Positions 29,211 through 38,121 are shown, counted from the stretch's first letter. The stretch: 64,000 bases of DNA from Candidatus Aldehydirespirator catecholifindens (GCA_028283245.1 JAPYNU010000065.1:15302-79301); one strand, 5' to 3'. Program-made: numbers and translations. Notes: generated from the letters alone by a model not told the origin.

Positions 29211-29388
29211 CAGACAGTGAACGTAGCAATCGTCTGCGAGACCTCACTGACCCACAATTGATGCCAAACAGTCTCTATATCAGCCTGAACACATGCCTCT
29301 TGAATGGACACTTACGGCTTCAAGTGCTATAGCTAGTTGACGAAGTGAGATTCAACGGAGCGGGCGGCGGGGAAGCGCGCTTGCGGGT

Positions 29389-29464
29389 TGGCTCCGGGGG
29401 TGGGACTCGAACCCACAACCTAGCGGTTAACAGCCGCTTGCTCTGCCAGTTGAGCTACCCCGGA
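29389..29464 (-). tRNA. tRNA-Asn (anticodon GTT), CCA encoded
   Basis: The reverse complement folds as TCCGGGG-TA-GCTC-AACTGGCA-GAGC-A-AGCGG-CTGTTAA-CCGCT-AGGTT-GTGGG-TTCGAGT-CCCAC-CCCCGGA-G-CCA. Confidence 0.95.
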
Positions 29465-31285
29465 TCAACTATGAGAGGTTACCAGCGAGCTGGAGACAGA
29501 ACCCGCGGAATCTTCAAGTCTTGGGCTGTGCTCAATCAGCCAGGGAAGCAAACTCGCCAAAGCCTCAGCGCGGGTGCTGCGCTCGTCAAGGTGCTGAGCG
29601 TGCTTCTGGATCCAAACAAGGCTGTCGTTTAACTGCCGAGTTGTCGCAGCATCAGTCGCTGAAGCAGCCAAGCGCCGCAGATTGTTCATGGCGCGCCTCG
29701 CGGTGAGGCGCGCCACCCGTGCAAGCACATCCTCAACTGAGGCATTGCCGGGATCAACCGCAAGCCGGTGCAACAAATGTGCCGCTGATTGCGACACTCG
29801 ATCAGCCGCTGCCACAACTCCCCCTTCGCTCATCAAAGCCTCGTATGCCTCACGATGCGCTGGATCGCCAAAGAGCGTGCCATGCAGCCAGCCAGTCACT
29901 TCATCCAGACGATGAATAACCAGCCGCAGAGCCTCATCTTCGGGGGTAAGCCGATCATCATGTCCGGTCTCACTTACCGCTTCGCTGGCAGCACCAGCTC
30001 TGCTGGCAGCACCTTTAGCCAACAAGCGAAGCTGACCTATTTCAATATTGCAACGGGTGGCGATGCTGTCCATGTGAGGGTCGCGAATCATGACATCGGG
30101 ATGCTCCTGAACCACGGCCACCGCTTTTTCGGCTGAGCGAGCCCGTCGCTCAATCGTGGATAGGTCAGCGCCAGCCAGCACCCGGTTGACACGGAACTGA
30201 AGAAACGACACAGCCCCTTTGATCGCTTGGCGCAGAGCAGCAGGATCGGTGCGACCTAGATCGCCAGGGTCTTTGCCGGGTGGCAGGTCGGCCACCACAA
30301 TCTCCAGATCAAACTTACGCTCCCATGCGTAAACACGGCTCGCCGCCGCAGCCCCTGCAGCGTCAGCATCGAAAGCCAACACCAGCCGATTAGCCGAGAA
30401 GCGTTTCAGCAGCCTTACATGCTCCTCAGTCAAAGCGGTTCCGCATGTGGCCACAGCAACGTCAAGGCCAGCTTCAGAGCAGCCGATCACGTCGGTGTAT
30501 CCCTCACAAATGATCGCCATAGCCTCTTTGACGATCTGACGGCGATGCTCATGCAGCCCATAAAGCACACGGCTCTTGTCATAGGTTTTGGCTTCGGCTG
30601 ACGTGTTCAGATATTTGGGGCCTTCTGCGTTCGGCATGACCCGTCCACCGAAACCAACTGGATCCCCCTTTTCGTCAGTAATCGGAAAGAGAATCCGACC
30701 ACGAAAAAAATCCTGTTGACGCCCGCCGCGGTTCACGAAACCAAGACCAGAGTCACGCAGATCAGCATCGGAAAGACCCAGATGCCGAGCGAGAACGTCC
30801 CAGTCGTCAGGTGCCCAACCCAGTTTCCAGCGCCGCACCAGATCGCCGTCGTAACCGCGAGAACGCAGATAGTTACGAGCCGCGCCCGCATCGCTGCCGT
30901 CAAGCAGTCGCTGATGATAGAAGTCTCTAGCTGCTGCGACCGACTCCAGCAGCCTGCGGCGACGGCTGTGGACCTCTCGCTCGTCGCGTCTGGTGTAGCG
31001 AAGTTGAATCCCGGCACGCGCCGCCAAAAACTCTACAGCAGCAGAGAAATCAAGCCCCTCAATCTCTTGCACGAAAGTGATCACATCGCCGCTGCGTTGA
31101 CAACCAAAGCAGTAATAAACCCCTTTGCCGGGAGACACCGACATTGACGGGGTGCGCTCACCGTGCAGCGGGCAGCGAGCCATCCACTGACGACCGGAAC
31201 GCTTGATCTCGGTGTGCTCAGAGATGATCGCCACAATGTCTGTGGCATCACGTACTTTTGCTATGTCGTCGGCAACGATCCCCAT
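29465..31285 (-). CDS. dnaG: DNA primase
   Basis: Zinc-ribbon motif CPLHGERTPSMSV...YYCFGCQRSGDVITF and Toprim motif ICEGYTDV. 606 aa. Confidence 0.95.
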   Translation of the reverse strand: MGIVADDIAKVRDATDIVAIISEHTEIKRSGRQWMARCPLHGERTPSMSVSPGKGVYYCFGCQRSGDVITFVQEIEGLDFSAAVEFLAARAGIQLRYTRRDEREVHSRRRRLLESVAAARDFYHQRLLDGSDAGAARNYLRSRGYDGDLVRRWKLGWAPDDWDVLARHLGLSDADLRDSGLGFVNRGGRQQDFFRGRILFPITDEKGDPVGFGGRVMPNAEGPKYLNTSAEAKTYDKSRVLYGLHEHRRQIVKEAMAIICEGYTDVIGCSEAGLDVAVATCGTALTEEHVRLLKRFSANRLVLAFDADAAGAAAASRVYAWERKFDLEIVVADLPPGKDPGDLGRTDPAALRQAIKGAVSFLQFRVNRVLAGADLSTIERRARSAEKAVAVVQEHPDVMIRDPHMDSIATRCNIEIGQLRLLAKGAASRAGAASEAVSETGHDDRLTPEDEALRLVIHRLDEVTGWLHGTLFGDPAHREAYEALMSEGGVVAAADRVSQSAAHLLHRLAVDPGNASVEDVLARVARLTARRAMNNLRRLAASATDAATTRQLNDSLVWIQKHAQHLDERSTRAEALASLLPWLIEHSPRLEDSAGSVSSSLVTSHS

Positions 31286-31319
31286 TGAGGCGAACCTACC
31301 AGTGCTACATGACTTCGGC

Positions 31320-31388
31320 CAGCGGCTGCCACAAACTCACAAACCATCTCCAGCGACTGCCACAAACTCACAAACCACCGCCAGCGGC
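31320..31388. repeat. 31-bp tandem repeat, 2.2 copies, in the glyQS-dnaG intergenic region
   Basis: CAGCGGCTGCCACAAACTCACAAACCATCTC (31320-31350) and CAGCGACTGCCACAAACTCACAAACCACCGC (31351-31381) differ at 3 positions. They are followed by a partial CAGCGGC. Confidence 0.9.
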
Positions 31389-31396
31389 AACTTGAG

Positions 31397-32782
31397 CTAG
31401 CAGAGGCGCTCAGCCAAGAAGTCTGGAAGGCGGTCGACACTGATCCGATCCTGAACCATCGAGTCACGGTCGCGCACTGTCACAGCCGAATCGTCGAGAG
31501 TCTCAAAGTCGATAGTCACGCATAGTGGAGTGCCGATCTCGTCCTGACGACGGTAGCGGCGACCTATGGCCTGTGTCTCGTCGTAGTCGCAGTTCCAGCG
31601 GCCCTTGATCAAATCGAACACACGATTGGCTACAGGTACCAGCACCTCTTTGCGTGACAACGGCAGCACAGCCACCTGATAAGGCGCCAGACGATGATCC
31701 AGTCTCAGCACCACCCGCTGATCGTCGTTGACTTCCTCAATGTGATAAGCCGACATCAAAAATGCCATAGCAGCACGGGTCGCACCTGCAGCAGGTTCGA
31801 TCACATGCGGCAGATAATGCTCTTCGGTGGCAGGATCAAACACGTCAAGACGTTCACCAGATAGCTCGGCGTGGCAGCGCAAGTCGTAATCACCGCGGTT
31901 AGCGATGCCTTCAAGTTCGCCCCAACCCCAAGGAAACAAGAACTCCACATCGGAAGTAGCAGACGAATAATGACTCAGTTCTTCATCGCCGTGCGCTCGC
32001 ATTCGCAGCAGTTCGGGCCGGATACCCAGATCCAGATACCACTGCAAGCGGGCCTCGCACCAATACTCAAACCAGCCCGCAGCCGAGTCAGGTGGCACAA
32101 AATATTCCATCTCCATCTGCTCAAACTCACGAGTGCGAAACACGAAATTGCCTGGAGTGATCTCATTGCGAAACGACTTGCCGATCTGGGCGATACCGAA
32201 AGGCGGGCGTTTACGGCCAGCCCGGGCAACGTTGGCGAAGTTGATAAACATGCCCTGAGCGGTTTCGGGGCGCAAATACACCTGCGTGGCTGACTCAGCC
32301 ACCGGACCGGCGTGAGTGGAGAACATCAAGTTGAACTGGCGAGGTGCCGTGAAGTTCCCTCCTTCAACACAGTCATCACAGCCGCGAGAGTCCTCAAGGG
32401 AGTCGAGACGAAAACGCTTGCTGCAGTCACGGCATTCCACCATCGGATCGGTGAAATGATCAAGATGCCCTGATGCCTGCCACACAGCCGGAGGTGACAG
32501 GATCGAAGCGTCGAGCCCAACCACGTCATGACGCAGTTGCACCATCGAACGCCACCACTGCTCTTTGACGTTGCGCAAAAGCAGCACCCCCAGCGGCCCA
32601 TAGTCATATGCCGAGCGGAAGCCGCCGTAGATCTCAGCCGACCGGAACACAAAACCACGCTGCAAGCACAGATTGACAACCGCATCAAACAGCGCTGTAC
32701 CGACAGGGGTTCGACCGGCTAGGTCGTCAACGCCCTCAAAGTCTGCGGAGTGGATTTCAGAAATCTCGGGCATGATCTCCAC
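31397..32782 (-). CDS. glyQS: glycine--tRNA ligase (dimeric class II type)
   Basis: 461 aa. Class II motifs are present, for example FRNEITPGNFVFRTREFEQMEMEYF. There is a C-terminal anticodon-binding domain. Confidence 0.95.
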   Translation of the reverse strand: MEIMPEISEIHSADFEGVDDLAGRTPVGTALFDAVVNLCLQRGFVFRSAEIYGGFRSAYDYGPLGVLLLRNVKEQWWRSMVQLRHDVVGLDASILSPPAVWQASGHLDHFTDPMVECRDCSKRFRLDSLEDSRGCDDCVEGGNFTAPRQFNLMFSTHAGPVAESATQVYLRPETAQGMFINFANVARAGRKRPPFGIAQIGKSFRNEITPGNFVFRTREFEQMEMEYFVPPDSAAGWFEYWCEARLQWYLDLGIRPELLRMRAHGDEELSHYSSATSDVEFLFPWGWGELEGIANRGDYDLRCHAELSGERLDVFDPATEEHYLPHVIEPAAGATRAAMAFLMSAYHIEEVNDDQRVVLRLDHRLAPYQVAVLPLSRKEVLVPVANRVFDLIKGRWNCDYDETQAIGRRYRRQDEIGTPLCVTIDFETLDDSAVTVRDRDSMVQDRISVDRLPDFLAERLC

Positions 32783-32805
32783 AGCGTAGGTTGCATATTT
32801 CAGAT

Positions 32806-32960
32806 TTATATTCAGCGCCCGATACTCAGCTGCAGGTGTTGCTCAAGTTCAGCCGGATACTCAACCGCAGACACCGCTCAAGTTCAGCCGAATACTCGAC
32901 CGCAGACACCGCTCAAGTTCAGCCGGATACTCAACCGCAGACACCGCTCAAGCTCAAAGT
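32806..32960. repeat. 35-bp tandem repeat array (3 full copies plus degenerate flanking copies) filling the recO-glyQS intergenic region
   Basis: The unit is GCTCAAGTTCAGCCGGATACTCAACCGCAGACACC, at 32841-32875, 32876-32910 (2 substitutions) and 32911-32945 (identical to copy 1). A degenerate copy lies upstream from about 32806 and a partial copy follows after 32946. Confidence 0.9.
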
Positions 32961-32965
32961 CAAGG

Positions 32966-33685
32966 TCAAGTGCGTTCAAGCACTGCAATCGACCGCAGGC
33001 GGCGCTCAAGATGTGACTCGATAGCTGCCGTTGCGAACGCTGTCACCTCATCTATTGCGCTGGTGTCGCTGCATACCAGCGCTGCTCTGAGCTGTCCGCC
33101 CAGAATCTGACGTAGCAACTCCAAAGCCTCACGACTGATCGAACGACCCTGCCTGCAAACTCGGCACAACACTCCGCCTGCGCCAGCATCCAAAGCTTCG
33201 AAAGGCCCGCTGGCACCACAGGCTACGCAGGTATGCAGTTCGGGTTGCATACCTTCCAGAGCAAGCAACTTCAAGAAGAAACTGGCGACGATCAAGTCGC
33301 TCTGCAAGCTCTCAAGAGTGCTTAGAGCCCGCACCAGCATCAAATGTCGCTGCGGATCGCTCTCGGCTTGCGGTGCCAACTGCTCAACAGCTTCCAACAT
33401 TGCAGATGCCTGAGCGAACCTTGCCGGATCACAACGCAGACCAACGAAACGGTCAATAGTCACCGCCTGAGCAAGCGTCTGCAGTTCACTGCGCCCTGCG
33501 TAAAGCTGAACCGACACATGGCAGGCTGGCTCTAAGCGGGCACCGAACTTTGAGCGGGTGCGCCGCACTCCTTTGGCAACGGCGCGCACTTTGCCGTGAT
33601 CAAGCGTGTGAAGGCTGACAATGCGATCAGCTTCGCCGAGTTTCCAAGTGCGCAGCACCACCGCCTCGTCGCGGTAGAGAGGCAC
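32966..33685 (-). CDS. recO: DNA repair protein RecO
   Basis: The N-terminal OB-fold segment MPLYRDEAVVLRTWKLGEADRIVSLHT..GKVRAVAKG is typical of RecO. A C-terminal Cys cluster CVACG...CRVC is present. Confidence 0.85.
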   Translation of the reverse strand: MPLYRDEAVVLRTWKLGEADRIVSLHTLDHGKVRAVAKGVRRTRSKFGARLEPACHVSVQLYAGRSELQTLAQAVTIDRFVGLRCDPARFAQASAMLEAVEQLAPQAESDPQRHLMLVRALSTLESLQSDLIVASFFLKLLALEGMQPELHTCVACGASGPFEALDAGAGGVLCRVCRQGRSISREALELLRQILGGQLRAALVCSDTSAIDEVTAFATAAIESHLERRLRSIAVLERT

Positions 33686-33690
33686 AGCTG

Positions 33691-34464
33691 TCAGCCGTCG
33701 CCGTTGGAGGTGACCACTGAAGCGGTAGTCACGGCGCTGCCGTTAGGGGCTGAAGCGAGCTGGCCGAAACGCCGATCACGCTCTTGATAAACCCTGATCG
33801 CCTCATAGAGATCACAGCGCCTGAAATCCGGCCAGGCCGTTTCGGTGAAGTAAAGCTCGCTGTAAGCCATCCCCCACAACAGAAAATTCGAAGTGCGATA
33901 CTCGCCCGAGGTGCGGATCATCAGATCTGGTTCGGGCATCTCCGGATCATAAAGTCGGCGAGCAATGGTGTGCTCAGTAATCCGGTCTGGTGATATGCCC
34001 GAACTAACAACGGAGCGCACCGCGTCAACGATCTCGGCGCGACCCCCATAGTTGAAAGCGATCGAGAGGGTCATGCGACGATTGCGCTCGGTGAGACAAA
34101 TCGCATCATCCATCAAACCGAGAAGTCGTTTAGGAACCCGCTCGTCGCGACGACCAACGAAACGGATTCGCACTCCCCGCTGATGCAGTTCATCACGGCG
34201 ACGCAGCAACATATCCTCGTTGAACTCCATCAAGAAACGCACCTCGTCAGCGGGCCGTCGCCAGTTTTCGGTGCTGAAGGCGTAAACGGTGAGCCAGTCA
34301 ATGCCTATGTCTAGAGCACCTTCCACCACATCAAACAGGGCCTCCTCACCAGCACGATGACCCTCAGTGCGGGGCAGGCCACGAGACTGTGCCCAGCGAC
34401 CGTTGCCGTCCATTACGCATGCCACATGCGCGGGCACACGGTCGAGGTCTAAGGCAGCGATCAT
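33691..34464 (-). CDS. uppS: isoprenyl transferase (undecaprenyl/decaprenyl diphosphate synthase family)
   Basis: MDGNGRWA, FSTENWRRP and RTSGEYRTSNFLLW. Confidence 0.95.
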   Translation of the reverse strand: MIAALDLDRVPAHVACVMDGNGRWAQSRGLPRTEGHRAGEEALFDVVEGALDIGIDWLTVYAFSTENWRRPADEVRFLMEFNEDMLLRRRDELHQRGVRIRFVGRRDERVPKRLLGLMDDAICLTERNRRMTLSIAFNYGGRAEIVDAVRSVVSSGISPDRITEHTIARRLYDPEMPEPDLMIRTSGEYRTSNFLLWGMAYSELYFTETAWPDFRRCDLYEAIRVYQERDRRFGQLASAPNGSAVTTASVVTSNGDG

Positions 34465-34473
34465 CGCTTGACG

Positions 34474-35316
34474 CTACCGCGTGACATGGTGCAGATCACG
34501 GTTATGCCAGTTCTTGTCCACCTTCACAGCAAGCTGCAAATACGCACCTTCGGGCAGTTCAGCACGCACTGCAGTTCCCACAGCTTTGAGCAATGCCCCG
34601 CCTCGTCCGATCACGATGGCTTTCTGAGAAGGACGCTCAACGATGATCTCACAACGCACCAAAGGCCAGTCCCAGTCGCTGACGCGTGTGGTGATGGCAT
34701 GAGGCAGTTCGTCTCGTGCTGTTGCTAGCAACTGCTCGCGTACTAGTTCCGCAACCCAGAAAGCCGCTGAACTGTCAGACACTGTGTCAGCCGGATAAAG
34801 CTGAGGGCTCTCAGGCAGGCGTGCTATCAGATGCTCTAGCAGCGCCTCGGTGCCTTCACCAGTGAGACCACTCACCGGAAAATACGCCTCAAAGTCAAGT
34901 TCCGACAGTGCGGCTAGCTGTCGCAGCATGATGCGTGAGCCCACCAGATCAGATTTGGTGACCACCACCACCGAATCGGTTGGCAGCGATGCCGCTATGA
35001 AAGCATCACCGCGCCCATACGGTGCCGTTGCGTCAATCACTAGGCAGCTCACATCAACGCCAGCTAAAGCCTGCGATGCTGCGGCGTTGAGGCGCTGGCC
35101 GAAAGCGTTGCGGGGTTTGTGGATGCCGGGCGTGTCAACCAGGATCAGCTGCACACCAGGGCGGGTCAAAACAGCACGCGTTTCGGTGCGAGTGGTCTGA
35201 GGCTTGTTAGAGACAATCGACACTTTCTGACCGATGATCTGGTTGATGAGGGTTGACTTGCCTGCATTGGGACGCCCCGCCAAGCCGATCAACCCACAGC
35301 GTCGAACGTCGGTCAT
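34474..35316 (-). CDS. era: GTPase Era
   Basis: G1 motif GRPNAGKSTL, G3 motif DTPG, and a C-terminal KH domain (GRGGALLKAVG). The start is set at the ATG at 35316, immediately after the upstream gene's stop. Confidence 0.9.
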   Translation of the reverse strand: MTDVRRCGLIGLAGRPNAGKSTLINQIIGQKVSIVSNKPQTTRTETRAVLTRPGVQLILVDTPGIHKPRNAFGQRLNAAASQALAGVDVSCLVIDATAPYGRGDAFIAASLPTDSVVVVTKSDLVGSRIMLRQLAALSELDFEAYFPVSGLTGEGTEALLEHLIARLPESPQLYPADTVSDSSAAFWVAELVREQLLATARDELPHAITTRVSDWDWPLVRCEIIVERPSQKAIVIGRGGALLKAVGTAVRAELPEGAYLQLAVKVDKNWHNRDLHHVTR

Positions 35317-36155
35317 GTTCTGATAAGCCTTACTTGCGTGATGCGTCGACCCTCCATGTGCTCCACACGCAGACACAGACCGTCAACTTCGACGGTCTCG
35401 CCCACTTCAGGGACATGTCCCAGCGTGCCGAAAATCAAGCCTCCGATCGTGTCCCAGTGATCGTCGGGCAGGGACGCGTCCGCCAGTGTGTTGAGCTGAT
35501 CCACAGGCATTCGTCCGTGTAGCAGCGCCTCACCGTCAGCCAGCGATTCCACAAGCCTTTCGGGTCGGTCGAACTCGTCGACGATCTCGCCGACTAGTTC
35601 CTCGACGAGATCTTCAAGGGTGACCAACCCGGCAGTGCCGCCATATTCGTCAACCACCAAAGCTAAATGCCCGCCAGTCGTGCGCATCTCGGCGAGCAGT
35701 TCATCCACTCGTTTGGTTTCGGGCACGAACACAGCGCGGCGCATCGAATCGCACACGTTGGCGTCACCATCGCCTGAACGCTCGCTACGAGCCAGGTCCT
35801 TCAGCAGCACAACCCCCACGATGTCATCAATATCGTTGCGGCAAACCGGCAGCCGGCTGAGCCCACCGTCGATAGCTATCTCAAGCGCTTCTGTCACTGT
35901 CATTGTTGCATCCACGGTCACCATGTCGGCGCGAGGCGCCATGACTTCACGAACCACTGTGCGATCTAGGGCTAAAGCCGAGGCGATCATGTCACGTTCT
36001 GCGTTGTCGATGGTGTCAGCCTCCACCGCGGCATCGGTGATGGCGATCAGTTCATCTTCGCTGGCTGGTGCGGTGCTGCTCTTGGCGCGCCCAAAAAGCC
36101 ATCTTCTACGGTGCCGGGGTTCCTTGCCCGTATCACTTTGATGTTGGTTAACCAT
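35313..36155 (-). CDS. CBS-pair / CorC_HlyC domain protein (hemolysin-like, Mg/Co efflux-associated family)
   Basis: Tandem CBS region (VREVMAPRADMVTV...) plus a C-terminal transporter-associated domain (VEVDGLCLRVEHMEGRRI). Conserved position between ybeY and era. Start: ATG at 36155 or GTG at 36173. Confidence 0.8.
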   Translation of the reverse strand: MVNQHQSDTGKEPRHRRRWLFGRAKSSTAPASEDELIAITDAAVEADTIDNAERDMIASALALDRTVVREVMAPRADMVTVDATMTVTEALEIAIDGGLSRLPVCRNDIDDIVGVVLLKDLARSERSGDGDANVCDSMRRAVFVPETKRVDELLAEMRTTGGHLALVVDEYGGTAGLVTLEDLVEELVGEIVDEFDRPERLVESLADGEALLHGRMPVDQLNTLADASLPDDHWDTIGGLIFGTLGHVPEVGETVEVDGLCLRVEHMEGRRITQVRLIRT

Positions 36156-36804
36156 CACAACCAAGCAGTTCACGTCCAGTTGTGGAACCCTGCCGGTGAT
36201 GCGCCGCCAACAGACGGTCTTGCTGCGTCTGCATCAATGAGGCTTCGTCAGGGTGTGCATGGTCATATCCCAGCACATGCAGCACGCCATGCACTACCAG
36301 CAGCGCCACTTCATCATCAAAGCTGCGCTCCGCGGCGGGGTTATGGGTTTGTGCTTGGTGCAGTGTTTGAGTTGCATAAACCGGACAGATCACCACATCG
36401 CCCAACAGCGTCACAGAATCTGCGATCCTGTCCGAAAGTGCCTGGCCTGCATCTGCATCTGCGGCTGCGATTACGGCTGTGGCTTGTTCGTGTTTCGCTT
36501 GCCAATCATGCTCGCGCAAAGGCTTTGAAGGCTTTGCGTCTATGGGAAAGGCCAGCACATCGGTGGGGCCCGACTCGCCCATGTGAATCTGGTTGAGTTC
36601 GGCCATGGCCTCAAGATCCACAAAACGCAGACCCAGTTCGCCACAGCTGACTCCCTCGGTATGGAGCACAGCCGCAGCCAGAGCAGCCCAACGTGAGGTG
36701 TCGATCGGGTTGGAGTTAGCGCTCAGCGTCGTCTCGTCTACAGCGTCAACCTGCACGCCTGCGACAAGCTGATCATCGCTGTGGTTGCTGTGGTCTGAAT
36801 TCAT
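36148..36804 (-). CDS. ybeY: rRNA maturation endoribonuclease YbeY (longer than usual)
   Basis: Zinc motif HGVLHVLGYDH, plus GPTDVLAFP and LLGDVVICP. Confidence 0.85.
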   Translation of the reverse strand: MNSDHSNHSDDQLVAGVQVDAVDETTLSANSNPIDTSRWAALAAAVLHTEGVSCGELGLRFVDLEAMAELNQIHMGESGPTDVLAFPIDAKPSKPLREHDWQAKHEQATAVIAAADADAGQALSDRIADSVTLLGDVVICPVYATQTLHQAQTHNPAAERSFDDEVALLVVHGVLHVLGYDHAHPDEASLMQTQQDRLLAAHHRQGSTTGRELLGCDG

Positions 36805-36813
36805 CGGGCCGAG

Positions 36814-37776
36814 TCAGCCCGAGCTTTTACGTCTGCGACCCACCCGGTCATAGGCAGTGACGATGTCGGCGACGATGCGATGCCGCACTACGTCGCTGCT
36901 GTCAAGGTGAGCAAAGCCGATCCCATCAATGCCACCGAGCAGTTCTTCCACACCTACAAGGCCGCTGCGACCTCCGGCAACGTCAATCTGGGTGACGTCA
37001 CCGGTGACCACCGCTCGTGAACCAAAGCCGATGCGTGTCAAAAACATCTTCATCTGCTCTGGTGTGGTGTTCTGAGCTTCGTCGAGGATGATGAAACTTG
37101 AGTTGAGGGTGCGGCCCCGCATGAACGCCAACGGTGCCACCTCCACTGCACCACGTTCCAGCAGCCGCTCCATGCCTTCGCTACCGACCATGTCGTAGAG
37201 CGCGTCGTATAGCGGCCGCAAGTAGGGATCTACTTTGGCCATCAAATCCCCCGGCAGGAAGCCGAGCCTTTCACCCGCCTCTACAGCCGGGCGGGTCAAG
37301 ATGATGCGACTCACCTCATCGTTGTGGAGTGCTCTCACTGCCATGGCCACAGCCAACCAACTCTTACCGGTTCCGGCAGGCCCGACGCTGAACGTGATAA
37401 CGCTTCGCTCCATCACATCCACATAGTGTTTCTGGCCCGCCGATTTGGGTCTCACTACCCGACCTCCGGCGGTTCGCAGCACGTCATGGGTGAGCACTTC
37501 TGAGGCGCGAACATTGCTTCGCACCATTGCGATGGTGCGGTCAATGGTGGGCGCGTCAAGACGATGCCCATGTTCAAGCAGCAGAATCAGTTCCTCAAAA
37601 AGTCTGGCGACCGTGTCGGCTTCATCTCCGAGCACGCTGACTTCGTTGCCGCGCAAATGGATACGACTGCCAGGGAAGGCCTTTTCGAGCTGACGAAGAT
37701 TGGAGTCGTGCTCGCCCACCAGCGGACCTAGCAGATGATTGGCGGGAACGCGAATAATGGTGGCGATCTCTGACAT
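36814..37776 (-). CDS. phoH: PhoH-like ATPase
   Basis: Walker [14 protein letters not shown] and Walker B IILDEAQN. Conserved phoH-ybeY linkage. Confidence 0.9.
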   Translation of the reverse strand: MSEIATIIRVPANHLLGPLVGEHDSNLRQLEKAFPGSRIHLRGNEVSVLGDEADTVARLFEELILLLEHGHRLDAPTIDRTIAMVRSNVRASEVLTHDVLRTAGGRVVRPKSAGQKHYVDVMERSVITFSVGPAGTGKSWLAVAMAVRALHNDEVSRIILTRPAVEAGERLGFLPGDLMAKVDPYLRPLYDALYDMVGSEGMERLLERGAVEVAPLAFMRGRTLNSSFIILDEAQNTTPEQMKMFLTRIGFGSRAVVTGDVTQIDVAGGRSGLVGVEELLGGIDGIGFAHLDSSDVVRHRIVADIVTAYDRVGRRRKSSG

Positions 37777-37856
37777 GCCTGCGATATTGAGGTTACACGA
37801 TTAGCAGTCTGATAGCGCTTGGTCGGATAGCGCTTGGTGAGTGCAGGCACGGCTTG

Positions 37857-37930
37857 CACCCCCGACAGGACTCGAACCCGCAACCTGAGGGGTAGAAACC
37901 CTCTGCTCTATCCAGTTGAGCTACGGGGGC
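37857..37930 (-). tRNA. tRNA-Arg (anticodon TCT)
   Basis: The reverse complement folds as GCCCCCG-TA-GCTC-AACTGGATA-GAGC-A-GAGGG-TTTCTAC-CCCTC-AGGTT-GCGGG-TTCGAGT-CCTGT-CGGGGGT-G. CCA is not encoded. Confidence 0.85.
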
Positions 37931-37986
37931 ACAGTAATGCTAGCGCAGCGGCTATGCTCACAACTGTCCGCTTCGGCGGGCAGCGT

Positions 37987-38064
37987 GGTGGCCGTAGCTC
38001 AGTCGGTTAGAGCGCCGGGTTGTGGTCCCGGAGGTCGGGGGTTCGATTCCCCTCGGTCACCCCA
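37987..38064 (+). tRNA. tRNA-His (anticodon GTG) with encoded G-1 and CCA
   Basis: G-GTGGCCG-TA-GCTC-AGTCGGTTA-GAGC-G-CCGGG-TTGTGGT-CCCGG-AGGTC-GGGGG-TTCGATT-CCCCT-CGGTCAC-C-CCA. Confidence 0.95.
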
Positions 38065-38121
38065 GTTGATGTAGTGCTTTTCGTGGGATGCGATCTAGCG
38101 CTATCGTAAAGCCTCCACCAA

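Noticed and set aside
29204-29329. 41-codon ORF (MKTDSERSNRLRDLTDPQLMPNSLYISLNTCLLNGHLRLQVL) between MNT and tRNA-Asn.
   Set aside because: It has no RBS and no recognisable motif, and its ATG lies within the second copy of the 17-bp duplication. It could be a gene stump, but there is no support for calling it.
31286-31396. T-box or other riboswitch leaders upstream of the aminoacyl-tRNA synthetase genes: glyQS (32783-32965), metG (43551-43649), and the dnaG leader.
   Set aside because: I found no specifier-loop or T-box consensus (AGGGTGGNACCGCG-like), and the spacers are short or occupied by tandem repeats. A covariance-model scan (Rfam) would be needed to exclude this formally.
32806-32960. 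Possible CRISPR array.
   Set aside because: The repeats are contiguous with no unique spacers, there are only about 4 copies, and no cas genes lie in the window. It is a plain tandem repeat.
32750-33024. Two plus-strand ORFs (88 and 77 aa) with internally repeated peptides across the recO-glyQS spacer.
   Set aside because: They are a by-product of the 35-bp tandem repeat. The unit is not a multiple of 3, both ORFs overlap the glyQS start or recO end, and neither has an RBS or a known motif.
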